Virus record (IMG/VR): IMGVR_UViG_3300005825_000057
Span: 37,534 to 101,533 of that record
DNA from: a virus
Length of the DNA stretch: 64,000 nucleotides
Reading direction: 5' to 3' (one strand)
The notes under the pieces are model-generated. The model did no database searches. It saw nothing but the letters and a program-made list of their open reading frames with translations, and had not been told where the DNA came from. Numbering within the stretch: the first letter of the stretch is position 1; each line of letters begins with the position of its first letter. The position numbers and the translations under genes were made by a program. This document shows positions 9,954-19,671 of the stretch, piece by piece.

Positions 9954-10753
9954 AGTTCTTGATGTGCGATCCTAAGTTTTATGACATCCAATATGAAATC
10001 AATCCTTGGATGAAAATAGAAAATAAGCCATCAAATCATTTAGCCGTCGAACAATGGACAAAATTAGTAGAATTACTTAGAAAATTAGGTGCGACTGTAG
10101 AAATTATGGTCGGCAAAGCCAGCGTCCCAGATATTGTTTTTACTGCTAATGCGGCATTGATGGTTGGCGAAACAGCATATTTATCTAATTTTTCACATCC
10201 AGAAAGACGTGCTGAAACTCAACTTTATAAAGTTTGGTTTGAACAAAATTACTACCAAATAGTCGAAGTAAAAGATTTTTTTGAAGGGGCGGGAGACGCC
10301 CTTTTTGATTATAATAGACGATTATTTTGTGGTCACGGATTCAGATCGTCAGATGGAGCATTACTTAGAGATAACAACTTTCTTTCCCAAATTGGCGGTG
10401 TTCCTGTTCATTATTTGAAACTTGTTAATTCTTACTTCTATCATCTCGATACTTGTTTTTGCCCTCTGAAAGATGGATTTGCTTTGGCTTTTCCTCCTGC
10501 TTTTGATACAGAATCATATGAAATAATTCAATACCACATGGATGTCATTGAAGTTTGCGAAGAAGACGCCAAGAAATTCGCTTGCAATGCTGTCTGTATG
10601 GGAAATCAAGTGGTCATTCCGAGTGGTTGTGATTCAACTTATAGACAGCTTGAAAGTGCAGGCTTTGAAGTGTATCATACGGATGTATCAGAATTTATCA
10701 AAGCAGGCGGTGCCTGTAAATGTCTTACTTTACGATTGGATGATTTTGCATGA
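9950..10753 (+). CDS. Amidinotransferase / DDAH-arginine deiminase family enzyme
   Basis: YEINPWM, DIVFTAN, FEGAGD, YHLDTCF, GGACKCLTL. Confidence 0.92.
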   Translation: MKFLMCDPKFYDIQYEINPWMKIENKPSNHLAVEQWTKLVELLRKLGATVEIMVGKASVPDIVFTANAALMVGETAYLSNFSHPERRAETQLYKVWFEQNYYQIVEVKDFFEGAGDALFDYNRRLFCGHGFRSSDGALLRDNNFLSQIGGVPVHYLKLVNSYFYHLDTCFCPLKDGFALAFPPAFDTESYEIIQYHMDVIEVCEEDAKKFACNAVCMGNQVVIPSGCDSTYRQLESAGFEVYHTDVSEFIKAGGACKCLTLRLDDFA

Positions 10754-11325
10754 CAGAGCGTATTCTTGTTCGACATGGACAAAGTGAACACAATATTGGA
10801 CTCACCAGAAATTTGGATAGTAATCTTACGCCATTCGGTATCGAGCAAGCTACAAAAACTGGACTTTATCTGCGAGACAACTTTTCAGATATAAAGGAAT
10901 TTGTCGGTATAACTTCTCCATATCATCGTTGCTTGCAAACTTCAAATATTATCCACTCTTTGACTGGCATTTCTTTTCAAGTTAAGCCCGGCCCTAGAGA
11001 AATAATGATGAGTTACGACGAATGTAAAGTTGTTAATCGAAAAGATAAATTCAATCATTTTCATTGGCACCATGAAGAAGATTTTCATTTTATTCAGGAA
11101 GATGAAGGCGAATTTGTTTTCCGAATGCGTGAATATATTCACAGTGAAGATCATCCAAAATTATTGATTGTTTCGCATGGATCGCCCATTAAAGCGATGT
11201 TTGATGCTCTGTTGGGTTCAGAAGTTTTGCCAAATTTACATGACTATCCAGATAATTGCAGCGTTAATTATGTTAGAAATAAAGAGCCTGTTTGCTTCAA
11301 TCTCAAGCCTTGGGATGCATCGTAA
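10750..11325 (+). CDS. Histidine phosphatase family protein
   Basis: LVRHGQSEHN, SPYHRCLQT, IVSHG. Confidence 0.92.
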   Translation: MTERILVRHGQSEHNIGLTRNLDSNLTPFGIEQATKTGLYLRDNFSDIKEFVGITSPYHRCLQTSNIIHSLTGISFQVKPGPREIMMSYDECKVVNRKDKFNHFHWHHEEDFHFIQEDEGEFVFRMREYIHSEDHPKLLIVSHGSPIKAMFDALLGSEVLPNLHDYPDNCSVNYVRNKEPVCFNLKPWDAS

Positions 11326-11331
11326 TCTTGC

Positions 11332-11360
11332 TTTACAACCATTCTTTTCTGTGGTAAGAT
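11332..11360 (+). promoter_or_regulatory. Phage early-type sigma70 promoter
   Basis: TTTACA-N17-TAAGAT with TGTGG before the -10; member of a recurring family. Confidence 0.7.
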
Positions 11361-11367
11361 ATACCAC

Positions 11368-12081
11368 ATGAAACCTTTTACGTCCCAAAAACGAATTATT
11401 CCTGAATTTCCGAGGACTCGCCATCTTCCGTGGAAGCCGAATACGGTACGGGGTGATTTAGTCGTTTCCGAGGATGACGCCAAGGTAATTTTTGAAAATC
11501 CTTTTACCTACGTTCAAGAAAAGGTTGACGGGGCGAATTCTGGCATGGCCCTTGTGAATGATGAACCGATTGTCCGCAATCGGGAACACATTCTCCGCAA
11601 AGGCTTTATGAAGGATACCCCGGCCAAGAAACAATTCGCTTCAATCTGGGGCTGGTTTTACGACCACAAAGAGAATTTTCAAAAACTCAATGATCTTCTC
11701 GGCCCGGTTTCCGTTTATGGCGAGTGGATGGTGCAAATTCATGGTATGGTTTATGAAAATTTGCCCGATTGGTTCCTCGCCTACGACGTTTATGATTATG
11801 AAGTTGAGAAATTCCATGATCCCAAAGTTTCTATGGAAGCCTTGGTAGAATGTGGCTTTTCTGTCGTGCCTACTCTTAAATCCGGGCCTACTTCCTACGA
11901 AGAATTAGAGAAGTTTGCTAACGAACCTTCGGCTTTTGCTCCCACTCCAAGAGAAGGGGTTTATGTAAAAACCTCAGACGGACAATGGCAGACTGATCGC
12001 TTCAAGATGGTTCGCCAAGGCTTTGTTCAAGGTGGACTTTTTGATAATAAGGTACTTCGCAAAAATCGTTTGGCGAAGTGA
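11368..12081 (+). CDS. RNA ligase (ATP-dependent nucleotidyltransferase family)
   Basis: Motif I EKVDGAN, VYGEW, FLAYDVYD, REGVYVK, FKMV. Confidence 0.85.
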   Translation: MKPFTSQKRIIPEFPRTRHLPWKPNTVRGDLVVSEDDAKVIFENPFTYVQEKVDGANSGMALVNDEPIVRNREHILRKGFMKDTPAKKQFASIWGWFYDHKENFQKLNDLLGPVSVYGEWMVQIHGMVYENLPDWFLAYDVYDYEVEKFHDPKVSMEALVECGFSVVPTLKSGPTSYEELEKFANEPSAFAPTPREGVYVKTSDGQWQTDRFKMVRQGFVQGGLFDNKVLRKNRLAK

Positions 12082-12324
12082 TACTTGAATTCGACGTACC
12101 GTATTGTCATTGGAGGAAAATATGCTGTCGAAACTAATTGAAGCACTTCAAATTTTTCTGAAATATGGTGACGTGAGTTATCCAACTCATTGTGAGCATG
12201 ACGTGCTTACAGTCTGTGTTGACCCAAGTGTAGTTTCAGAGGAAGATAAATCTGCTTTGAATTCACTTGGATTCATTGTTGATGAATCCGAGGATTGTTT
12301 TAAATCTTACCGATATGGTTCAGC

Positions 12325-12678
12325 TTGAGGGAAAATTCCATGCTTCGCAGCGGTCTTACTGTAATTGAATTGTTGATTATCTTAGTCATCATTCTGATTG
12401 TTGGTTCTCTTATTTTTGCAGGCGTCGGCGGCGGCGGTTTTCTGTCAGAGACTTTTGATGGCAAGGTTGTCGAAAAGTGGACTGATGTAGATTGGGAAGG
12501 TGGAAAGATTTATCGGGTTCAAGTAATGAAGCCCGATGGCGAAGTTGATACATGGGACTCATGGTGGGTTCACAATAAAGTACAAAAAGGCACTTGGTAT
12601 AAATTCAAGACCCTTAGTGGTCAAATCAGTGGAGTTGAGAATACACCACAACGAGTCGAGGTTGAAAATGGACATTAG
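12325..12678 (+). CDS. Prepilin-type N-terminal cleavage domain protein
   Basis: RSG-LTVIELLIILVIILIV type IV pilin-like leader. Confidence 0.7.
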   Translation: MRENSMLRSGLTVIELLIILVIILIVGSLIFAGVGGGGFLSETFDGKVVEKWTDVDWEGGKIYRVQVMKPDGEVDTWDSWWVHNKVQKGTWYKFKTLSGQISGVENTPQRVEVENGH

Positions 12679-13219
12679 TTGGCTGAAAAGCCCGGAAAAC
12701 AACAAAGTTTTGATTTTGATGCGGGGAGTTCCCGCAGCAGGAAAGAGCTATCGTGCCAAGGAATTGGCTGGCGATACTCCTGAAATCATCTTCTCGGCAG
12801 ACCATTTCTTTGGTGCTACTTCTGAAGAGTATGTCAAGAATTGGTGTATCGAGCAACTTGGCAATGCTCATAAGCAGTGTCAAAAGAATACTCGTATGGT
12901 TATGCAGCGGCAGGGGCCGTTGGTAATCGTGGACAACACGAATACGCAAATTCGTGAAATGATGCCATATTTCGATATGGCGGTTCAGTATGGGTATCGT
13001 TTGGATATTCATGAGCCGACTTCTCCGTGGTGGGTCGAGCAGATTGCTCCGTATCTAACCGACAAGGAAGGTAATCGTAAGCACTTGGAGAAGATGGCTG
13101 AACTTCTCTGGAAGAAGAATCAGGAAACTCACTGTGTTCCTTTGGAAAGCATTAAGAAAATGCTTTTCCGATTCCAGCCGAACGTCACGGTTGACGATCT
13201 TGCAAGGTGTTCAAAATGA
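12668..13219 (+). CDS. P-loop polynucleotide-kinase-like protein (AAA_33 / N4BP2-like)
   Basis: MRGVPAAGKS, FSADHFF, IVDNTN, HCVPLESIKKM. Confidence 0.8.
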   Translation: MDISWLKSPENNKVLILMRGVPAAGKSYRAKELAGDTPEIIFSADHFFGATSEEYVKNWCIEQLGNAHKQCQKNTRMVMQRQGPLVIVDNTNTQIREMMPYFDMAVQYGYRLDIHEPTSPWWVEQIAPYLTDKEGNRKHLEKMAELLWKKNQETHCVPLESIKKMLFRFQPNVTVDDLARCSK

Positions 13220-13392
13220 TTCGCCAAGCATTGATTTTTGGAGCCGTGACTGGCACTCTATTTTGGGTACTTGGTTTTCCAAGCACTTCTTGGGGACACA
13301 CCATGTTCGATTGGGCATGGTGTGTCGGTGCCATGTTCACTGGATGTGTGCTTGTGGATATTTTAAAAAATGGGAAAAAGGTGGGATGGTAA

Positions 13393-13776
13393 ATGCTCGC
13401 CATGCTCAAGCACTTAGACAAGGAATATCCCTTTAAGGATGCTCTTAAAAGGGAAGGGGTTTGTCGTATTCAAATATTTCAAAAAGCATCAGTGTCATTT
13501 TACATGGTGTTTTTTACCGAATTGAAAAAAAACACAGGACCAAGTGTTACCAATTCAATTGAATATTTGATTAAATCTATTTTTGATGGAAGAAATGGCC
13601 CTCTTGGTTTTATAGACCCGGATGATGCCATTTTTTTGTTTGCTGAGCGATACGAAGAGCATCCCGAATACTTTGATTGGGTACAATTAGGAAGTAATGG
13701 CTCGCCTGTGTGGACACGGGCAACTTCCGAAGAAATCAAAACTATTTTGCCACATTTGGATTTTCCACATGCTTAG
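13393..13776 (+). CDS. Hypothetical protein
   Basis: 127 aa, in operon context. Confidence 0.6.
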   Translation: MLAMLKHLDKEYPFKDALKREGVCRIQIFQKASVSFYMVFFTELKKNTGPSVTNSIEYLIKSIFDGRNGPLGFIDPDDAIFLFAERYEEHPEYFDWVQLGSNGSPVWTRATSEEIKTILPHLDFPHA

Positions 13777-14833
13777 AACATTTACTTTGTTTACATTTAA
13801 GGGTATCGACCTCAAGATTAGTTGGTCGTTTCAAGTATTTTTAACCCTTATTTTTGTTATGGGTTTCATTGCTGGCTTGAGCAAAGGCGTCCCGGTTGCT
13901 TTGGCATCTGGATGCACTATTCTTTTTATGCTTGTTTTTGCTTATGGATTTGTGACGATCCATGAATATGGACACGCATTAGCTGCGAAACATTTAGGAT
14001 ATAAAACTAGAGACATTGCTTTGTATCCTATGGCGGGCTTGGCTTCTATTTCTGGGGATTGGCACAAAAATCCTTGGCATGAATTTATCATTACTGTTTT
14101 CGGGCCGCTAACAAATGTTGTTATGGGCGGTGTTGCATTTATTGTTTTACAATTTTGTCCTCCTGAAACTTTGCAACATGCTCTCGTTAATTTTGCATTT
14201 AAAGTTAATTTTACTTTACTTATTTTCAATTTGATTCCTGTATACCCAATGGATGGCGGTAGAATCTTTCGCTCTATTGTAGGTGGGATCACTAATGATT
14301 GGTGGCTTGGCACAATTTGGGCAACACGAGTTTCTTTCATTTGTGGGCTAATAGCTGTTCCTCTTGGGTTTTATTTTGATTACGCAATTGCAGGCTTAAT
14401 GATTGGTTTTATGGGCTTATTGGCTTCCCAAGCTGAATTGAGCCATTTAAAAAACATTCGAGAAATTGAACAGATTGAAGAAGAGCGACTTTTGTTATTT
14501 GAAATGCTTTTGCGGGGCGAATCAGAGAAGTTGTGGTCGAATGATAAAGAAAAACAAAATGAATTTATTTCAACAATGTTGGGATTTCATAAGTTTTTAA
14601 TGAGATTTGTGAATTGGGCCGTTAAAGAAAAAATTCCTGTTGAGAAGTTTGAACGAGCCATAGCTCATCTTTTTTCTACCATTTATAATGATGAAGAACA
14701 AAGGTTGGCGTTGAACAAAAAGGCAACTTATGATGAGGTTGCCGTATTTGAAGAAATTTGTGAGGCGTCCGATGAAGATCAGTCAGTTGATGGTGACCCA
14801 CAACCACTTGAGGCACAAAGAGAATCTGCATGA
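13769..14833 (+). CDS. Site-2 protease (peptidase M50)
   Basis: HEYGH, GPLTN, FNLIPVYPMDGGR, several TM helices. Confidence 0.93.
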   Translation: MLRTFTLFTFKGIDLKISWSFQVFLTLIFVMGFIAGLSKGVPVALASGCTILFMLVFAYGFVTIHEYGHALAAKHLGYKTRDIALYPMAGLASISGDWHKNPWHEFIITVFGPLTNVVMGGVAFIVLQFCPPETLQHALVNFAFKVNFTLLIFNLIPVYPMDGGRIFRSIVGGITNDWWLGTIWATRVSFICGLIAVPLGFYFDYAIAGLMIGFMGLLASQAELSHLKNIREIEQIEEERLLLFEMLLRGESEKLWSNDKEKQNEFISTMLGFHKFLMRFVNWAVKEKIPVEKFERAIAHLFSTIYNDEEQRLALNKKATYDEVAVFEEICEASDEDQSVDGDPQPLEAQRESA

Positions 14834-15365
14834 AATGATTCGCTTTGTGTCTGAGGGTGGTATTTGGACTAAAGGTCATCTTGAACAATATAGCCGAGAA
14901 AAAGGCTTAGACCGTGTTTCGCCTTTAATTCAGCTTTCTCAATTTGATGATGGCAAGTTATTTTTACATGACGGCCATCATCGAGTTGTTTCAACTTTCT
15001 TGGCCGGGCGTGATGTTCTTGAGTCAACTGAATATGAAATTTCTAACTGGAAATATCCAGATTATTTAGAAATCAATCATGGCAATGGTTGGTACACTCC
15101 ATTTGATCCGAGGATTCATACTCGCACACCAGACTTTGGAAAATTTAAAAAGATTGCTAGAGAGCGATTTGCCGATGATCCAATTGGGGCCGAGAAGTGG
15201 ATTCTTGAAAATCAAAATCTTTATCGAGAGGATCGTCGGTTTTGGTTTGCCCCGGAGTTAGCTGAAGAAGTTCTTTGGTTAATTCAGAAAGGTGTAGACC
15301 CCGTTACTGGCAAAATGTGGCTTACTACTCGAATGAAGCGTGAAGCCAATGAGGTCAATTTATGA
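14772..15365 (+). CDS. ParB/Srx-like protein
   Basis: LFLHDGHHRV. Confidence 0.6.
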   Translation: MKISQLMVTHNHLRHKENLHEMIRFVSEGGIWTKGHLEQYSREKGLDRVSPLIQLSQFDDGKLFLHDGHHRVVSTFLAGRDVLESTEYEISNWKYPDYLEINHGNGWYTPFDPRIHTRTPDFGKFKKIARERFADDPIGAEKWILENQNLYREDRRFWFAPELAEEVLWLIQKGVDPVTGKMWLTTRMKREANEVNL

Positions 15366-15621
15366 TTCTTGGGAAGTCACAAAGGTAAAGCCAACGCCTT
15401 TTGAACCTATTCGATTTGTTCAAGAGAATTTAGCTCCTTGTTTTACTTCCGAAGAATATGTTGAATATATCAACAAATACAAGGTTCAAGCAATTCACGA
15501 ATACGATGAAGATCATCGTATGCCGGGGCATTACATTCACGCAGAAATTGTAGATGGGGAAGTTTGGGTGATCTTTCAACCAGAAAAAGTTGGAAAATAT
15601 TGGATTAGTTTAGCAAAATAA
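15349..15621 (+). CDS. Hypothetical protein
   Basis: Starts MRSIYDSWEVT. Confidence 0.6.
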   Translation: MRSIYDSWEVTKVKPTPFEPIRFVQENLAPCFTSEEYVEYINKYKVQAIHEYDEDHRMPGHYIHAEIVDGEVWVIFQPEKVGKYWISLAK

Positions 15622-15651
15622 AAAGCCCCTGATTTCTCAGGGGCTTTTTTT
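15621..15651. terminator. Bidirectional intrinsic terminator
   Basis: AAAAGCCCCTGA-TTTC-TCAGGGGCTTTTTT between convergent genes. Confidence 0.85.
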
Positions 15652-15879
15652 ATAAACGTCCACCCAGCATCCAAACTCTAATTGATTCTAACAATTCTAA
15701 TTGAACACCAAATATACGTTCCGCTGACCACGCACACATATGTCTGTAGCCGATTCCGTCGCCCGGCAAAACATATAGGTCTTCTTCGTTGGTCCGCCCG
15801 ACATTCTTTTTAATTGGTTTATGTTGCGTAAGCATGTATAAACCATTGCGTTGTCTGGATAGCCAACAGGGAATTCTTC

Positions 15880-16137
15880 TCATTTCTTTAGGCACTCGAC
15901 CTTTTCGGTCAAGCCCAACGCCGAGAGTTTTTCCCCCAAGCCATTCTCCACGGCTTGCATGACCCCTACATCGTTTAAATGGCCGAGCCATTCGATTAAA
16001 GAGGCTTCAATGGCTACGACTCCATCCAATCCAATGTCATGATAAGTCAAGACATTATCAAAAAAGTTAGTCGCAACGCCGTCTTTGACTTCTTTTACGT
16101 TAAAGTCAATTCGGATTTCAAATCTTTTATCTTTCAC
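15880..16137 (-). CDS. Hypothetical protein
   Basis: 85 aa, AAGGAG SD upstream. Confidence 0.6.
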   Translation of the reverse strand: MKDKRFEIRIDFNVKEVKDGVATNFFDNVLTYHDIGLDGVVAIEASLIEWLGHLNDVGVMQAVENGLGEKLSALGLTEKVECLKK

Positions 16138-16472
16138 CGCTCATTTCTCCTTAGAGAGACATAGAAAGTTTTACGACGTTTACACCAACGTCGTTTCAAT
16201 GATGTTAGAAAGATAATCGAAATCCACAAGAACTAGATTGATGCATTAAAGAACTAGAAAATATAGACCTACCCTCCCATTCGTGGTAGTTCCTCATGCC
16301 AAAAACATTGAGAAATCATCTAGTTCCCCCTACCATTCGTGGTAGTTCTTTATTTTTTTCAAATTCTGCAAAAATATTATTGCAAGGGTAGACTTGACAA
16401 CTCAATCTAATTTGGTAAGTTGTTGCAACCATCAATGGTGATGGGATTTTTTGTTTCAAGGAGGCTTGTGGA

Positions 16473-16694
16473 ATGAAGACTTTTGCCGCTATCGCTTGTT
16501 TGTTTGTAGTATTGGCTTTTTCTGGCACGGCTGAGGCCGGTGTTAGAGGGCATCGTTGTTGCAGACAAAAAGTGGTTGTTTGCAACTCTTGTTGTTGCAA
16601 AACGCACACTCCTGTTAGAACTGCAATTAAGGCGGTCGGGAAGACGGTTCGTGCCGCACTTCCGCCTTATCGTTGTGGGAAGTGTTGCAAATAG
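16473..16694 (+). CDS. Secreted Cys-rich small protein
   Basis: Signal peptide ending AEA, CC/CCC clusters, AGGAGG SD. Confidence 0.7.
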   Translation: MKTFAAIACLFVVLAFSGTAEAGVRGHRCCRQKVVVCNSCCCKTHTPVRTAIKAVGKTVRAALPPYRCGKCCK

Positions 16695-16973
16695 TTAATC
16701 CCACTTTTCTACATCATCAATCCAATAATGTAGAATCCATCGACCGGAAGTTGAAAAATACTTCCGGTCGATTTTTATTTGCCCACTATGAATTTTGCGA
16801 TGGCAATTAGAGCAAGCCACGACAGTATTATGGTCGGTATATTTTCCGCCATCTTCGCCGGGTATTATGCGGTGACAATCGAGAACTGAATAATCATTTT
16901 CACCACAGAAGTAACATTTCTTTTCAGATTTTTTCTTTGTTACTTTGTTTATCAGTGTTTTGCGGCGTCCCAT
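16695..16973 (-). CDS. HNH endonuclease
   Basis: CYFC..HRI..N..CSNCHRKIH. Confidence 0.85.
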   Translation of the reverse strand: MGRRKTLINKVTKKKSEKKCYFCGENDYSVLDCHRIIPGEDGGKYTDHNTVVACSNCHRKIHSGQIKIDRKYFSTSGRWILHYWIDDVEKWD

Positions 16974-17460
16974 TATTCTCGCAGCTATTTAATTCAGATA
17001 TTCTAACATTATAACAACTGGCCTTTACCCTCCAAGGCGTGCCGGGTTCGATCTGCCCCTTTTTGAGATAGAAGGCTTTGTTATAGAAATCTTCTTTGGG
17101 CAACCAACCTAAGACAAATGCTTTAGTTGGATTTTCAAGAGGATATAAACTTACAAAAATATAATTGTCACATTTTTGTTTTGTATTATATTCAGCTACA
17201 GAGCAGTTGTATTTTTCGAGCGGCACAACATTGCGTGCTTTTGTTTTTACTTCCCAACTTTTTTCTTCTTTTAAGATGTCGTAGTCATAAGATTTGCCAC
17301 TTACGATTTTTCCTTTTATAACTTTATTTGCAGCCATTTCTCCAAGAAAGCCGGTGATATTGCCTTCACCTTTGCGAATTGAATTTTTCAGCTTGCCAAG
17401 TTCTTCGGCCTTTCTCTTTGCTACTTTCAACATTGCTGGTGTAATTGGTATTTCTATCAT
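16924..17460 (-). CDS. PD-(D/E)xK-like nuclease-fold protein
   Basis: GFLGE..YDYD..WEVKTK. Confidence 0.55.
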   Translation of the reverse strand: MIEIPITPAMLKVAKRKAEELGKLKNSIRKGEGNITGFLGEMAANKVIKGKIVSGKSYDYDILKEEKSWEVKTKARNVVPLEKYNCSVAEYNTKQKCDNYIFVSLYPLENPTKAFVLGWLPKEDFYNKAFYLKKGQIEPGTPWRVKASCYNVRISELNSCENNGTPQNTDKQSNKEKI

Positions 17461-17774
17461 AAATTCCTCAAAAGATTTTGTAGATCGTCGTCTTTACCTC
17501 GAATCTTGAATGCTCTCTTTTTAGATTGCTTTTCAATATATTCTTTGACGAGCTTTTTATCATAGATGCCCCACTCTACAGCTTCTTTGAGGGTTTCTTC
17601 CAACCCAGCTAAAAATGCCCAAATTTTATATTCGTCATCTTTAAAGAAGTCTTTGGTTCGTTGATAGAACTTATCCCAATTCAAACGACACTTCATTTTA
17701 GCGAATGTCTTTGAATATCGCAGAGCCATCATTTCATTTTGCTTATCGTAGAATTCTTTTGGTAAGTCTTTCAT
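17457..17774 (-). CDS. Hypothetical protein
   Basis: 105-aa ORF in operon. Confidence 0.6.
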   Translation of the reverse strand: MKDLPKEFYDKQNEMMALRYSKTFAKMKCRLNWDKFYQRTKDFFKDDEYKIWAFLAGLEETLKEAVEWGIYDKKLVKEYIEKQSKKRAFKIRGKDDDLQNLLRNL

Positions 17775-17782
17775 AAGTTACC

Positions 17783-19222
17783 TTAAAAGTCGAAGTTGTC
17801 TTTAATTATAACTTTGTGGCCTTGTGCTTTCAAGATTTTGATGCGCTTTTGGCTATGCTCTAAAAGGTAGGGATTTATATTGAATAAGAAATCATAGTAG
17901 TTAAGTTCTTCTTTATCATCGGCGGTTCTTAGACCACGACCCATTCTCTGAATGATTTGGTGATCTGCCTGACCACCAGCCGCATTGATAAGATTATGAA
18001 TAAATACGTTAATGCCTGTGTTGAAAATCTGTTGCGTGGCAATTGCAATTATATTTTCTTTTGATTTCTGTAATGTTTGAATAACGCTTTTTCTTGTCTT
18101 TGAATCATCTTTACCTTGTACCCACAAAGACCCCGGCAATAAATTGTGTAAAGCATCACCGTGAGCAATACGGTCCACTAAAATAAGGGTTCTACCGGAT
18201 TGTTTTTTGGCTAGTTTTTTAACTATCTTGTGAAAGTGAAAACTTTCTGCGATGCCACGGGTGACCGCATCAATATAAATATCGTGTGGAATTGAAGGTT
18301 CATCAATTGGAAAGAAGGTACAATTAGATGAAGACAAGATTCCACGATCTTGAAGTTCTTTTGTTGTAAGAACGCCAGCTTCCGCAGATTTAATTTTCAA
18401 TACTGGTCCAAAGAATCCTTTTACATAATGTTTTTGTACTTTATCTTTCTCTCCAAATTTGAATGGCGTTGCACTAAGGGCTACTCGTATATCGCAACCT
18501 TTGAGTCTTCGATATACAGCTTTAGGCAAAGCACTCATCATATCGTGAATTTCGTCCACGATTAACACTTTGATTTTTGGCAATACTTTTTCCATTTTGG
18601 AAATAGATTGTACACTGGCAACTGTAATCATATTTGGTTTAACATTGCCGCCCCATAAGGTTCCTACATTTGGAATGCCCCATTTTGTAATTTCAGAATA
18701 ATTTTGTTCAGCTAAACCAACTCTATTTTGCAGAACCAATGTGGGTGTATTGGGAGGCAGAGCTTTAAGAACGCCAAGCATCATAAAGGTTTTGCCAGCA
18801 CTTGTCGGAGCGAATATAACCCCTCTACGATATTTAAGAACTTGATTTACCAAGTCTACTTGATAATCGTGTAGCTTGATTGGATCAAAACCTTCGGGAA
18901 GGCATGTGTTAAAAAAGTCATCTTGTATTTCAGAAAGCAAGAGAGGGGTTTTGTTTCTTTCATCTAAGACTTCATATGGAATATTGAAGTGCTTTAATGC
19001 ATGGACAACTTCTGGAAGCAGGCCAGTTAGAAACTTTCCATTTTCTTGTTTGAAAAATTCTGTATAGCCATCCCACATGCCCATTTTATATCGCCGGTTA
19101 TGAAAGTAGTTTCTTTCACGGAAGCGAAGGCAATCCCAAATTTTATGTTTAATCGTAGTCTGATCCGTCATCAAATACGAATAATCATTGTTGATTTTGA
19201 GTATTGCTTTGTTGTTGGTCAT
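17783..19222 (-). CDS. uvsW: SF2 DNA helicase, UvsW-like
   Basis: LHDYQ, APTSAGKT, VDEIH, LSATP, QRMGRGLR; N-terminal WDG motif. Confidence 0.85.
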   Translation of the reverse strand: MTNNKAILKINNDYSYLMTDQTTIKHKIWDCLRFRERNYFHNRRYKMGMWDGYTEFFKQENGKFLTGLLPEVVHALKHFNIPYEVLDERNKTPLLLSEIQDDFFNTCLPEGFDPIKLHDYQVDLVNQVLKYRRGVIFAPTSAGKTFMMLGVLKALPPNTPTLVLQNRVGLAEQNYSEITKWGIPNVGTLWGGNVKPNMITVASVQSISKMEKVLPKIKVLIVDEIHDMMSALPKAVYRRLKGCDIRVALSATPFKFGEKDKVQKHYVKGFFGPVLKIKSAEAGVLTTKELQDRGILSSSNCTFFPIDEPSIPHDIYIDAVTRGIAESFHFHKIVKKLAKKQSGRTLILVDRIAHGDALHNLLPGSLWVQGKDDSKTRKSVIQTLQKSKENIIAIATQQIFNTGINVFIHNLINAAGGQADHQIIQRMGRGLRTADDKEELNYYDFLFNINPYLLEHSQKRIKILKAQGHKVIIKDNFDF

Positions 19223-19354
19223 TTGTTATCCTTTTCTGTCGCTTGTTTTTTTCAAGCGAATTACGAACTATCTTACCAGATACCGAGGGCTTCCGTCTAG
19301 GCTTTTTTCTTTTTCCACAACTAGAACATGCCATAATTCCTCCTATATTTATGT

Positions 19355-19669
19355 ATGGAACCAGAGTTACAGATAGATAGTCAAGTTATTGTGCCAAAAG
19401 CACGAAAATTAAAGGCGATTTGGTCATATGAAGCTCAGCAAGATTTGCGCCAATTTCACAATATTGATGCGGAGAAAGAGTTATCAAAAATATTAGCAGA
19501 AGAAATAAGTAAGGAAATTGACCAAGAAATTCTCAATGATCTACGAAGTGCATCTGAAAAAGGCCAAGAAACAGAAAGAAAGATAATAAGCGGTAAAATT
19601 AAGAAGAAGAAAATTAAAGTAAGTTGGAGTTCTGTATTTGACGATTTTGAACCAACTAAAAAGGATTAA
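19355..19669 (+). CDS. Mini-gene: T4 gp23-like major capsid internal fragment plus basic/Trp tail
   Basis: KARKLKAIWSYEAQQDLRQFHNIDAEKELSKILAEEISKEIDQEIL matches a conserved gp23 block. Confidence 0.75.
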   Translation: MEPELQIDSQVIVPKARKLKAIWSYEAQQDLRQFHNIDAEKELSKILAEEISKEIDQEILNDLRSASEKGQETERKIISGKIKKKKIKVSWSSVFDDFEPTKKD

Positions 19670-19671
19670 AT

